From Halobacteriovoraceae bacterium (lineage in GTDB: Bacteria > Bdellovibrionota > Bacteriovoracia > Bacteriovoracales > Bacteriovoracaceae): a DNA stretch of 64,000 bases. Location of the stretch: assembly GCA_963719505.1 (NCBI GenBank), contig CAVRCF010000001.1, positions 672,001 to 736,000 on the forward strand, in the 5' to 3' direction. The notes under the pieces were generated by a model. The model did no database searches. It was not told the origin of the DNA and was given only the letters and a program-made list of their open reading frames with translations. Positions 1-10,167 of the stretch are shown piece after piece. Position numbers and translations under genes: made by a program. Every line of letters starts with the position of its first letter. Position 1 is the stretch's first letter.

Positions 1-1340
1 AAGCCCCAACCCCACATGAAGCTTGTCATATGGCATGCGGGCTCTTTGCATTCTCTTCTTATTAGACTTTGGAAGATAGAGAGCCATTTCGCAAATGAAT
101 GGCCAGGCATGTAAGGAATTTGAGGTGAAAGATAGGGGTATCGAAAGATATTATCTAGAAAAAAAGGAGCTATCTTAATTTTTAATTTTGCAATCGCGGG
201 GACTTGAGGTGTAAAGGAGACGCTATTGCTGATAAAGCTTTTTATTCCAGTGACTTTTTGTGCCGATAAAGCAGCGCTCATGGCAATAGAGCCGATACAA
301 TGGGCAATAACATGTATATTAGTGTCCTCTGGAACCACTGACCGAATCTTTGCAAAAGCTGCAGGAAGGTCGTACTGAACGATATGATCATAGGTATATT
401 TATTGGGGATATAATTATATTTGTGTCGTCCGCTACCTCGCCAGTCTATTGAAAAAATATCTGTGTAGTTGCTATTATTTAGGTATTGAACAAGATTATA
501 GTGCTCTGGCATTATAAACATATCAGTTGCAGTCGAAAGTCCATGAAGAAGAACCACGACGTCTTTGCAGTCCTTACTTTTAAATCTATCGACCTGAATG
601 GTTAGACCATCTTCTGTATCGACATGGTAGTGGGTCACCTCAGCATTTGAAACCCCTCTACTAGTATGGACTGGGAATATATGCTCGTCCCATTCATGTT
701 TTTCCGGATTAAAGAGCTCTGGGGTATAAGACTCCCAGAGATTCTCAGCAAAAACGTTCATGAATTTATAAATACTATGTGCTCTCACTAGAACTGAAGG
801 TGAGTTAGAATTTAAAGTCATCATCTGTTTTGTAAAGTCTTTGAGATTTAATCTGAGTACACCAGCATAAAGGGGATCTTCACGTTGTTCGCCTTTATAA
901 ATTTGTGTGTAAAGAGTTGTTGTATCTTTCCACATTTGAATGGGATCTTGTTTGTGGACATTTTTAAAGCCGTAGAAGGTATGGACTTCATTTTTTTGAT
1001 CTTTAAATTTTAAAGTGTAGTGCATCTCCTTAATAGCATCAAAGTCTCGCGAGCTAGATGAGGGAACAAAGAGGTTGAAAATTCCATTGATAACCTCGCA
1101 TCGACCACCAAAAAGAGGTGAGTCAATGTAGCCGTTGGCTTCAGCTGTTAAATCTTTATCGTTTATAAAGTCATCTATGTTTGGGATATTTATAGTGAGT
1201 CTAAACTTTAAACTCTGGCTCTTTGTTTCCCCTTCAGCTGCCAGGGAAGTAAAGCTTTTAGCTGTTGCATCGAAAGATTGGTCAGTAGTGCCAACAAAAC
1301 CGTGCATGTCTTCTGTAAAGTAAACTGATTCACTTGTCAT
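1..1340 (-). CDS. Alpha/beta-fold hydrolase with an N-terminal cholesterol-oxidase-associated domain; runs off the left edge
   Basis: Not in the ORF track (no stop in window). ATG at 1340 with GGAG upstream. Manual translation gives MTSESVYFTEDMHG..., VVLLHGLST, DWRGSG and nucleophile elbow AHCIGS. Confidence 0.75.
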   Translation of the reverse strand, partial: MTSESVYFTEDMHGFVGTTDQSFDATAKSFTSLAAEGETKSQSLKFRLTINIPNIDDFINDKDLTAEANGYIDSPLFGGRCEVINGIFNLFVPSSSSRDFDAIKEMHYTLKFKDQKNEVHTFYGFKNVHKQDPIQMWKDTTTLYTQIYKGEQREDPLYAGVLRLNLKDFTKQMMTLNSNSPSVLVRAHSIYKFMNVFAENLWESYTPELFNPEKHEWDEHIFPVHTSRGVSNAEVTHYHVDTEDGLTIQVDRFKSKDCKDVVVLLHGLSTATDMFIMPEHYNLVQYLNNSNYTDIFSIDWRGSGRHKYNYIPNKYTYDHIVQYDLPAAFAKIRSVVPEDTNIHVIAHCIGSIAMSAALSAQKVTGIKSFISNSVSFTPQVPAIAKLKIKIAPFFLDNIFRYPYLSPQIPYMPGHSFAKWLSIFQSLIRRECKEPACHMTSFMWGWG

Positions 1341-1474
1341 GAGCTCTCCAACAATAAATATTTTTAAGTTTTGATTATAGGTATAGAGGGGACCTGCATG
1401 ATACTTAAGAATATTTAATACATTTATTGCCGATCTATTGAACGATATCAGAGTTATCAAGTACACTTAAGTCT

Positions 1475-2752
1475 ATGCTGAAGTTCTTATCTAAAATGCT
1501 ACCCGCGAGTTTTAAATCTTTAACTCTAGAAGACCAACGAAAGTGGACCATCGTCTTTGCGATGAATTTTGTGACAGTTGGAATTCAATCTTTTTATCTC
1601 TATCGCTTTAATACTCGCTACGATCTACCTTTTGCAAATTATGTGATCCTCACATGCATGGGTCTTAATCTGTTGGCGATTTATTTTGCTTTTAAAAAAG
1701 AATATCAAAAAGCGGCCATTTTAGTTCTCATTCCTGGAACAATAGATTTAATTTATCTTATATATGTAGCCGGAGGAATTTCTGCTCCAGGAACTTTCTG
1801 GCTCGCTGTTTTACCTCTTTTCTACGGAGCTTTCTTTGGCAAAAAGGGTGCTGTTGTTGGCTCGTTGATAACGTTTTCCACTTATGGTCTTTATGTCCTT
1901 CTCCATAATTTAGGCTTTAAAGAAACTGTGGTTATAAATGAAGAAGACATGTATTTCGAAAGGCTCTCAAACCTCTTCAACTACACTCTCATAACGGCTC
2001 TCTATTATATCAGCTACACAGCAGCTTTTGAGCGTTCCAACAAGAAACTAAGTGCTTCCAAAGATCTGATTGATAATCTTTTCAGAGTCGTCTTGCACGA
2101 TATTACAAACCCCATCTCCGCTTTAAAGATGAGACTTGAACTGATGAAAAGAAAATCAAGTGATCAGGACATGGTGAATTTTGAAAAAATGGAAAAGTCT
2201 TTAAGGAAAGTAACGAGTATTTTAGAAAACTTGAGAAGTTTCAAGGCCATCGATGATGGTGTCATCTCTATACCAATGAGCGAGATTCCAATATCAAAAG
2301 CTATTACTCAGTTTGTGGAAGAGTCCGGAGATTTTGCTGCGGAGAAAGGGGTCGATTTAAAAGTGAATATAGACCTCACCCATAGTGCTAAGGTCTATGG
2401 AAATATAGAAACACTTTGTTCCCAGGTTTTTGCTAATATTTTTTCCAATGCTGTTAAGTTCTCTAAGCAAGGAGATATTATTACAGTGAAAGCCTATCAA
2501 GATGAAAGTGATGTTATTGTTGAGATCTCAGATAAAGGAATGGGTATTCCTGATAAAATTTTAGAAAATCTTTTTAGATTTGATAAACCAACGAGTCGAA
2601 TTGGTACAACTGGAGAGCAAGGAACAGGTTATGGCCTTCCTATAATGAAGTACTTCTTAGAGCTTATGAATGCAAATATTGAAGTTAGTACTTCAACTGA
2701 TGAAGGGCCAAAGCGTGGAACATCATTTAAAATGACGTTTCCTAGTCTATGA
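1475..2752 (+). CDS. Membrane-bound sensor histidine kinase (orphan)
   Basis: Multiple N-terminal TM segments; H-box LHDITNP, N-box NIFSNAVKF, G1 DKGMGI, G2 GTGYGL. Confidence 0.92.
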   Translation: MLKFLSKMLPASFKSLTLEDQRKWTIVFAMNFVTVGIQSFYLYRFNTRYDLPFANYVILTCMGLNLLAIYFAFKKEYQKAAILVLIPGTIDLIYLIYVAGGISAPGTFWLAVLPLFYGAFFGKKGAVVGSLITFSTYGLYVLLHNLGFKETVVINEEDMYFERLSNLFNYTLITALYYISYTAAFERSNKKLSASKDLIDNLFRVVLHDITNPISALKMRLELMKRKSSDQDMVNFEKMEKSLRKVTSILENLRSFKAIDDGVISIPMSEIPISKAITQFVEESGDFAAEKGVDLKVNIDLTHSAKVYGNIETLCSQVFANIFSNAVKFSKQGDIITVKAYQDESDVIVEISDKGMGIPDKILENLFRFDKPTSRIGTTGEQGTGYGLPIMKYFLELMNANIEVSTSTDEGPKRGTSFKMTFPSL

Positions 2753-3580
2753 TTTCAAACTGAGCGAATCTTTTGTGAAAGTATAAGTGGTATTGCAGTA
2801 GTCACATCTCGTTTCTATTTTCTCTTCCTCTGAAAATAGATCGTCTAGGTCATTGCCTGAGAGGTTGCGAAGGTTTGTCGCCATTCTCTCTTCTGAACAT
2901 GGGCACTCAAACTTAACTTCTTTGCTATGAAGATAGTCAAAGTCATATTGCTCAACAAACTCTACGATGTCTTGAATCTCTCTTAACCCTTTATCAAACA
3001 ATTCAGTTATAAAAGAATTGTGCTGCAAGATAAATTCTTTCATCGGTATGTCATCGTCATCTTCAATAACTCTTTTGATATCAACTCTTGGGAGTTTTGT
3101 AATCATGACACTTTGATCAAGGTTTGTACTTGTAATGACCTGGCTATTTGTTTGATAAGACTCTTTTAAAATCTTATTGATAATCTCGTCGGGCTTCTCT
3201 TTTACTAGCTCTATGTTCGAAGTATAGGATCTTGAGTCAGTGAAGATTTTTGTGATTCTTGCCGCACCAGAAATTTCATTTGGAAATTGTTCAAATTCTT
3301 CTGGAAGGAGAAGAGTTCTCATTGACCCCGTAAAATTTGTCTCAATTTTAAACCGAAAATAAGGCTCATCAGAGTCAATATAGACACCTAGGCTCTCCCC
3401 AGACTTTAAAAAAGTAATCATCTGTTGCGTTGTTAAAATTGTCTTGGCGTAATACGGCTTCGCATTAACTCCAATATTGTGAATCTCACCAATTTCTTCC
3501 ATCAGTTTCGATCCCTCTAGAAAGTGAAGAGTAAAACCTTTTTTTGAATTAATGAAACTGTATAAGCGACTTTCTTTCAT
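2747..3580 (-). CDS. hslO: Hsp33 family redox-regulated chaperone
   Basis: C-terminal zinc centre FECPCS...RCDYCNTTY; start placed at MKESRLY (3580). Confidence 0.85.
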   Translation of the reverse strand: MKESRLYSFINSKKGFTLHFLEGSKLMEEIGEIHNIGVNAKPYYAKTILTTQQMITFLKSGESLGVYIDSDEPYFRFKIETNFTGSMRTLLLPEEFEQFPNEISGAARITKIFTDSRSYTSNIELVKEKPDEIINKILKESYQTNSQVITSTNLDQSVMITKLPRVDIKRVIEDDDDIPMKEFILQHNSFITELFDKGLREIQDIVEFVEQYDFDYLHSKEVKFECPCSEERMATNLRNLSGNDLDDLFSEEEKIETRCDYCNTTYTFTKDSLSLKS

Positions 3581-3661
3581 GGATATTCCGTTTGTTCGTT
3601 GATACTTTTTTATGTAGTATTTAATCAATATCGGGCATTAATTCTAGTAGAAAATACCTTA

Positions 3662-6070
3662 ATGATTAATATTTTACTTTATAACAATAGCGAAAACTGT
3701 AATTCTGCTTTGAGTCACAGTTTGGCCGGAACAAATGAAGTTCTCATCGTCACGCCAAACCCTGTTTTGGCCGATATAGCTCGCCTAAAATTTGATAAAA
3801 TTCACCCTCATCTAGAGACCGTAACAGTATCACACTATTTAAAAGGTGAACTCTCTCAGTTGCTGGAAGAGGCACAATTAGATAACTTTCAGGGAAAATC
3901 AGAGCTTAATATCCTTTTGGGATCACTTTGGAAAAAAGGTCGAAGTTCAGGCAGTTACGAACTTTTTAAAAGATGTTTCCAAATGCTTACCGACTTTAGA
4001 AGCTTTACCATGAATGAGGATATTCTAAAAACGGTTCTGGAAGAGTACGACGAAGAACTCTCTGGTGCTGTTTTCTGGTTTCACAAGTTGATGATGGAGA
4101 TGGACATCATTGATGAGCATCGCTCATACTTCCTACTGGCCGAAAAATTGCGAGAGGGCGATCTTCCACCATTATACAAAAGTAGTCGGACGATAATCTT
4201 TTGGGGTTTTGACTTCATGACGGCTTCTCAAGTTGATCTGCTTAATTCCTTGGCCATCAGATCAGAGATATATCTTCCTTTTTATAAATCAGCTTTTGAT
4301 AAGTCGAATGATCTCGACTGGATTAAATGGCTGTCTAAATCAGAGTCTCTAATTACAAGAGTTGAAGAGGATGAAGAATTAGACCATAAAATAAAAGTTT
4401 TAAATTTTTCAAAAAACTACCTTTCTAAAACGCTGAAGAACTTGGCAACAACAGCTGAATTTAAAGATAAGAAGATAAATTATGTCCTGGGAACAAAGAA
4501 CTTGGGAGATGAAGTTGTTGGGGAGATTCCTTTTTCCCAGACAAACTTTAAGGTGCCCGTCGATCTTTTTGTCGAAAAAGTGAGTCACTTAAAAGAACTT
4601 CTTCTTCAGGAAGTTTCTCGCGCTCCAATTGAGCATGAAGTGATAATAGAGCTTATTCAAAACGAATCAAAGAAGGCGCTAGAACAAAGGGACTACCGAT
4701 TATATAAAATTTGCAGTCTTTGTTTAGAGCAAATGATAAAGTGGGTCAACCTCTCTGAAAATAATGAAATGCTTGGGAGATTTGATATTAAGATTATCAT
4801 GGATTCTGTTTCATTAAATAGCCCAAGAAACTCCTTGTTTAGGGCAAGTGAAGATGCCTATGAAATCAAAACATTAAAAAATATAGATAAAAAAGAAGAC
4901 AGTGATCTGAGTGTATTGTGCGTGACTAGTGAATACGGACCAATAAAGGGGTCTGTCGTTCAATACTCTGAAAATGTTGAAAAGTTCTTGGCCAGTATTG
5001 GTCCTATTAGAAGAAGTGAACTAGAGTTCATTCAGCTTAAGTCAAAGCTAAATGAGTTTCTCTCTCGTGGCGAAAACATTGTCATCATCGAAGAAGGTCT
5101 TCTTGAGCACGACCTTGGTTGGAGTAGTGTTATTCCTGAGGAAAAAAGAGAATATATTGAAATAAAAAATAATATTAATCATACACACAGATTTATTATT
5201 ACTGATAAGGTCGAAGAGAAAAGTTTGACGTCAATTTCGGCAACTCGACTTCAAGCTTATTCAGACTGTCCTCGAAAGTATCACCTCAATTACGTCCAAA
5301 AGATTTCTCCTCGTATTGAGCTTCCAGGTACCCTGGATTTTATGCAAATGGGGTTGCTTGAGCACCAAGTAATTGAGGACTACTTAAAAGTAAATAGAGA
5401 ATACAGTGAAGATATTCACCTGAGTCTTATAGATAAAATTCTTTCATCTTTTCAATCTAGGCATTCATTTGATCAAAGCCTGTACGAGGAGTATCGACTA
5501 GAGTTGATTGCTTTTACCACCAATATTATAAAAGAGCTTATTGTTTTAAATTCTCAGCTAGGTTTGGAGTTAAGGTGCGAAGTGCCGCTTCCTTCAAACG
5601 AGGATATTAAGATCTTAGGTAGTATAGACTGTTTAGGCGTTAATTCAGACACGGTGGTCGTACTAGATTTTAAAAGAGGTGGTGGGTCTATCCCAAGCCA
5701 GGTAGGATTAAAGGCTTTTAAAAAGCTTCAGTTGTGGTTCTATTTGCAACGTCTACAAAAGGCAAATATCTTTGAGAGTCATAAGAAGCTCGTTTGGGGC
5801 TATATTAACTTATCTGCTCTTGAAGAATCTCTTGTTTACAGTAACGATGAGGTTCTCATAGAAAGCCTAAAAACTTCGGGCTTGAAAGCTTTTAGTAAGA
5901 TGAATCATTTCTCTGATGAAATGAGTGAATTATTTGAAGAATACACAGACTATGAAAATGATTTAATTATGCGACTTAGGGGCGAGAGAGAATTTCCTCC
6001 AAAGCCTATTGAGCCAAAGACCTGTGATTACTGTCACGTCTCCAATATATGTCCACGAGGAGAGCTCTAA
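3662..6070 (+). CDS. addB: AddB-like subunit: degenerate helicase region plus PD-(D/E)XK nuclease with Fe-S cysteines
   Basis: SATRLQAYSDCPRKY, GSIDC...LDFK, QLWFY, terminal CDYCHVSNIC; TAATG coupling to the downstream helicase. Confidence 0.8.
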   Translation: MINILLYNNSENCNSALSHSLAGTNEVLIVTPNPVLADIARLKFDKIHPHLETVTVSHYLKGELSQLLEEAQLDNFQGKSELNILLGSLWKKGRSSGSYELFKRCFQMLTDFRSFTMNEDILKTVLEEYDEELSGAVFWFHKLMMEMDIIDEHRSYFLLAEKLREGDLPPLYKSSRTIIFWGFDFMTASQVDLLNSLAIRSEIYLPFYKSAFDKSNDLDWIKWLSKSESLITRVEEDEELDHKIKVLNFSKNYLSKTLKNLATTAEFKDKKINYVLGTKNLGDEVVGEIPFSQTNFKVPVDLFVEKVSHLKELLLQEVSRAPIEHEVIIELIQNESKKALEQRDYRLYKICSLCLEQMIKWVNLSENNEMLGRFDIKIIMDSVSLNSPRNSLFRASEDAYEIKTLKNIDKKEDSDLSVLCVTSEYGPIKGSVVQYSENVEKFLASIGPIRRSELEFIQLKSKLNEFLSRGENIVIIEEGLLEHDLGWSSVIPEEKREYIEIKNNINHTHRFIITDKVEEKSLTSISATRLQAYSDCPRKYHLNYVQKISPRIELPGTLDFMQMGLLEHQVIEDYLKVNREYSEDIHLSLIDKILSSFQSRHSFDQSLYEEYRLELIAFTTNIIKELIVLNSQLGLELRCEVPLPSNEDIKILGSIDCLGVNSDTVVVLDFKRGGGSIPSQVGLKAFKKLQLWFYLQRLQKANIFESHKKLVWGYINLSALEESLVYSNDEVLIESLKTSGLKAFSKMNHFSDEMSELFEEYTDYENDLIMRLRGEREFPPKPIEPKTCDYCHVSNICPRGEL

Positions 6071-9000
6071 TGGCAGGGGCAAATACAGAACAACTTTTAG
6101 CGATAGAGCATGCCGGTGGTGTCCTCTTAAAAGCCGGAGCTGGCTCTGGAAAAACATTTGTTCTCAAAGAGCATATGATTTATCTTTCAAAAAAATGGCT
6201 CTCAGAATATAAAGAATTGCAATCTAAGCCAGATTTATCAGAGTTTATAAAGTTAAAATTTTCTAAAACAGTTCTGATGACTTTTACAAAGAAAGCTGCT
6301 GGCGAAATTTCGATACGTCTATTTGATGAATTTGAAAAGGTTATCGAACAGATTGATGAAGTTGATCGTCCCCTTTGGGAAATAATTTGTGAACAACTAG
6401 ACTATTTAACAATTACAACGATTCATGGTTTCTGTTTTAAACTCATCAAACAAGGCTTTTTTCCTGAAGTAGATGTTGATAATGAAATGCTTTCAGACTC
6501 TGAATTTGACGATGCAGTAGAGAGTATTTTTGAGACATGGATAAATACAAACTTAAAGACAGAGGAATCCGACTTCGTTGATGTTGTTTTGAAAGAGAAA
6601 AATTTTATTTTAAGCTCTTTGAAGTCTATATTATCAGATCCGACCTTGAGAATAATGTGGGAGAAAATTGATCTTAGCAAAGTAACGCTTCAAGATTCAA
6701 ACGATATTATCTTATCAATCAGTCAGCTTTTTAAGTTAGATTCAGTCTTTGGTAACAGAAACATCATCTCATCTGCTGCAGAGTATGAAGGGAAGAAGTG
6801 GTACGATGCCTTGAAGGTATTCTGTGAACAATTTGAAAGCTTAGAGACGATTGATGAAATGCTCGCTATTAATGAATACTTTTCAAAGTTGAAATATAAA
6901 ATTCCGACCTCACCTCGGGTCAATTCTACAGATGCTGATATTTATAATGTCTATCAATCTTTTAAAGAATTGAATGCATTTATGAAAAGTAGCGGTGAAG
7001 ATTTTGAACTGTACTCAGAGTTTTTTGAAACCTATGTCATGAATTGGTTTGTAAAATTTAAATCCCTCGTTGATTTTGCAAGTGTTCAATATCGAGAGAT
7101 TCCTGGGATTACCTTTTCAGACCTTGAGTATATCGTTAGAAAAGGGCTTGATGATGAGCAGACAGTCAGTCGGATTGCACAGAGTTATAGCTACCTTATT
7201 GTCGACGAGTTTCAAGACACCAGTTATGTTCAATTTGAAATCATTCAAAAAATTATTCAACACGATTTTAGTCGACTCTTTTGTGTGGGCGATATCAAGC
7301 AAGCTATATATGGTTTTAGAGGGGGAGAGTTGGGAGTCTTTCTTGATTGTGAAAAAATGACTCAGACTGTACGCTCGTTAAAAAATAACTATAGGTCAGA
7401 TAAAAATATCGTAGAATTCAATAATAACTTCTTTGATTTTCTTTTCTCAAAAGGATTGAAGTATGAAGGTGATGACTTTAGACCTGTAGAAGTTGAGTAT
7501 CAAGAAAACCCAATTGCGGACAGGGCGCTAGGCTCTATCTATGAGATTGAAGCAGACATTGGATTTATCAAAGAATTTGGTTTAGATAAAGTTGGGAACT
7601 CAGAGACGGAGTATCTCGAAGCTCTACTTTTAAAAAAACAAATTGAAATCTTTAGATCAAATAATGAAGAGACTTGTATTCTCTATAAAAAACTGAAACC
7701 AAGTCTCCTTCTTATTGGGTTGATGATTGAACAAAAAGTTAGCTTTACGGCACAAATAAAGGTTCCTCTTGGAGAAGACCCTCTTTGCTCCATTTTTAAA
7801 CTTCTCATCGAAAATGAATATAATACTTCTGAAAATAAAGAGAGATACTTAACTTTGATTTTGAGCGCTTATTTTGCTCTTATAGATAGTTCTATTGAAG
7901 TCGATATAGGCAGCTTAATTAAAAAGTTTGAAAATGATCGCTTGTACCTTGGACTTTATCAGGCATTTTATAATTTTGTCTCCGTGGTTAATATTGCAAA
8001 TTCAAATTATAAAAATAACCTTCTACAAATTAAAAATCTTTGTGAAATAGCAAACGAGAGTTCTGAGCATTTAGTAACTCTGTTAGAAAATAGTAGCTCG
8101 ATTGCCTACTCGCTCGACTTTCAGTATGGAGATAACCCCAGAGGTATCTTAATAATGACTGCACACGCCTCAAAGGGTCTGCAGTTCTCTAACGTTCTTT
8201 TAGGCGGTGTCTATACCAACGATAAGTCCTTTCCCTTCACTGGTATCTTTGGAAAGTACCCTTTTAGTATGAAGTGGAGTAAAGAGATAACGTCTAAGAA
8301 AAAGTTTAAAACACCACAATATATACTTGAATCAGAGGAGAGGAAGCTCAAAGAGTTTTCAGAGTCTAAGAGACTTTTTTATGTTGCCTGCACAAGGGCC
8401 GTAAATACTCTTGGGTGGGTTGATTTGGAGTATGGTGATGTCAAAAAGAGGACCAATTCTAATAGTTGGAAAAATGGAATCGATAAGTGGAAAAGTACTC
8501 TTTTTAAAGACAACCAAAAGATAATCAATAGATTTGAGAGAAAAACCTACGATATCTCTAAGGAGTTTAGTTTAAAATTTTTAAACCTCTCCTCAAACAG
8601 AAAGCCTCTTTTCCATGTTGACTCTTTAGGGATGACTAAGAAATTGGGTTATGTTGAGTCAAGAATTCTTCCAGAGCTATCCGTGACAAGACTTGCTTCA
8701 GTAGTTTCATGTCCAAGAAAATTTTATTTGAAAAATATTTGTAAAATTTCGACTGAAGATTTAACTCTTTTAGGCGGAAATTTAACTCAGGTTCTCAAAG
8801 AGAGTGATGAGGAGCTTAGTAGTAAATCCTTCTCTTCGAGTAGCGAAAGAGGGACCAATCTTCATTTGCAACTAGAGCGAACAATTAAAAATGGTCTGAG
8901 TTACCCGACTGATATAGATCGTAAAGACAAAGATGCGATATCTTGGACTGTGGATAAACTCCAGTTCTTTGCGGATAACAGTACTTTTTTATCTGAGGAA

Positions 9001-9366
9001 AATATAAAGTTTGAGTTTTTTAATTTTATGATTTCTGGAATTCCCGACTTAATCATATTGAACGACCAGATCCCTCAGATTTGGGACTTTAAGACAGGAC
9101 AAATCAAAGAAGACAATAGTGAAATCTACTACTTCCAACTTATGACCTATGCCTATGCTCTTTATAGTTTAGGAAAGATTGCTAAGAACTCTGAGGTGAA
9201 AATAGTTCTGTGCTATCTCGATGAAAAGAAATTAGTAGAGAAAGTTCACAGTTTTTCAGATGTGGACAAGTATCTCCGACCATTTTGGTTAGAGACCAGT
9301 AGACCTCAAAATACAAACCTCAATCATTGTGACTCTTGCGAGTATGGAAATATTTGCCACAAATAG
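6070..9366 (+). CDS. addA: AddA-like UvrD/SF1 helicase-nuclease
   Basis: Walker A AGAGSGKT, TFTKKAA, TIHGFC, VDEFQDT, VGDIKQAIYGFRG, MTAHASKGLQF, RLFYVACTRA; C-terminal nuclease GIPDL...WDFKTG. Confidence 0.9.
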   Translation: MAGANTEQLLAIEHAGGVLLKAGAGSGKTFVLKEHMIYLSKKWLSEYKELQSKPDLSEFIKLKFSKTVLMTFTKKAAGEISIRLFDEFEKVIEQIDEVDRPLWEIICEQLDYLTITTIHGFCFKLIKQGFFPEVDVDNEMLSDSEFDDAVESIFETWINTNLKTEESDFVDVVLKEKNFILSSLKSILSDPTLRIMWEKIDLSKVTLQDSNDIILSISQLFKLDSVFGNRNIISSAAEYEGKKWYDALKVFCEQFESLETIDEMLAINEYFSKLKYKIPTSPRVNSTDADIYNVYQSFKELNAFMKSSGEDFELYSEFFETYVMNWFVKFKSLVDFASVQYREIPGITFSDLEYIVRKGLDDEQTVSRIAQSYSYLIVDEFQDTSYVQFEIIQKIIQHDFSRLFCVGDIKQAIYGFRGGELGVFLDCEKMTQTVRSLKNNYRSDKNIVEFNNNFFDFLFSKGLKYEGDDFRPVEVEYQENPIADRALGSIYEIEADIGFIKEFGLDKVGNSETEYLEALLLKKQIEIFRSNNEETCILYKKLKPSLLLIGLMIEQKVSFTAQIKVPLGEDPLCSIFKLLIENEYNTSENKERYLTLILSAYFALIDSSIEVDIGSLIKKFENDRLYLGLYQAFYNFVSVVNIANSNYKNNLLQIKNLCEIANESSEHLVTLLENSSSIAYSLDFQYGDNPRGILIMTAHASKGLQFSNVLLGGVYTNDKSFPFTGIFGKYPFSMKWSKEITSKKKFKTPQYILESEERKLKEFSESKRLFYVACTRAVNTLGWVDLEYGDVKKRTNSNSWKNGIDKWKSTLFKDNQKIINRFERKTYDISKEFSLKFLNLSSNRKPLFHVDSLGMTKKLGYVESRILPELSVTRLASVVSCPRKFYLKNICKISTEDLTLLGGNLTQVLKESDEELSSKSFSSSSERGTNLHLQLERTIKNGLSYPTDIDRKDKDAISWTVDKLQFFADNSTFLSEENIKFEFFNFMISGIPDLIILNDQIPQIWDFKTGQIKEDNSEIYYFQLMTYAYALYSLGKIAKNSEVKIVLCYLDEKKLVEKVHSFSDVDKYLRPFWLETSRPQNTNLNHCDSCEYGNICHK

Positions 9367-9376
9367 AAGTCGATTC

Positions 9377-9404
9377 TTGCGCGTTTTGTGGAACATGTTA
9401 AACT
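9377..9404 (+). promoter_or_regulatory. Probable sigma70 promoter of the glt-like operon
   Basis: TTGCGC-N16-TAAACT with a TGn extended -10. Confidence 0.45.
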
Positions 9405-9446
9405 ATCTAAGTAAGCAAAATTATTCAAAAGTTACAGGATGTACGA

Positions 9447-10151
9447 ATGAAAAAGTTATTAGGATTATTACTTCTTCTCACAACTGCGCTGGCAGTGTCT
9501 TCAGAAAAATCAGTCTACGATTTTTCATGGCTCGACAAAGATAAAGAAATCTACGTTTTACAGAACCGAAAATTTAGAAAAGCGAAAACTCTTCACCTTG
9601 GTGGAACTTTGGGACGCTCACTTTCCGGTGCCTTTAATGATCGGGTCTCGGGTTCAGTTTACGGTGGATTCTTTTTCACTGAAAATTTAGGCTTGGAACT
9701 GTCATATACAAAAGCATCAAACACAACGAACGATACCCATGATGCTGTTAAGAAAGCTGGTGCGGTGGCATTCTATAGGCAAATCGATACAGAGCTAACA
9801 GCACATTTTGTTTGGGCCCCTTTCTATTCAAAAATTAATACTTTTAACAAAATTCTTTATTACGATTGGCTCTTTGGGTTTGGTGGATCAACGATCTCCA
9901 CAGAAGATAATAGAAATGAATTTAATGAAAATGCTTCAAACGCAAATGAATTGACAACAGAAACAAGCTTCGCTTTAACTTGGTTTACAGGTTTTAGATT
10001 TTACATCAATCAAAATTGGTCAACGAGAATTGACTTTAAAGGGACTCATAGTAATGCAGATAGAGCTGTGGCCGATGGAAGCAGTTTTAAATTGCAAAAG
10101 TCTTGGTTTAGCTACTACGACCTAAAACTTGGTCTCAATTACTCATTCTAA
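9447..10151 (+). CDS. Outer-membrane beta-barrel protein, GltA/GltB/GltH-like
   Basis: Signal peptide; VLQNRKFRK, WAPFYSK and YYDWLFGFG motifs; C-terminal LGLNYSF; first gene of the glt-like operon. Confidence 0.75.
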   Translation: MKKLLGLLLLLTTALAVSSEKSVYDFSWLDKDKEIYVLQNRKFRKAKTLHLGGTLGRSLSGAFNDRVSGSVYGGFFFTENLGLELSYTKASNTTNDTHDAVKKAGAVAFYRQIDTELTAHFVWAPFYSKINTFNKILYYDWLFGFGGSTISTEDNRNEFNENASNANELTTETSFALTWFTGFRFYINQNWSTRIDFKGTHSNADRAVADGSSFKLQKSWFSYYDLKLGLNYSF

Positions 10152-10167
10152 TTTAAAGGCATTTATA

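Noticed and set aside
5200..6070. Cas4-like Fe-S nuclease domain suggesting CRISPR or a defence system
   Set aside because: It is the C-terminus of an AddB-like protein coupled to AddA; there is no array or other cas gene.
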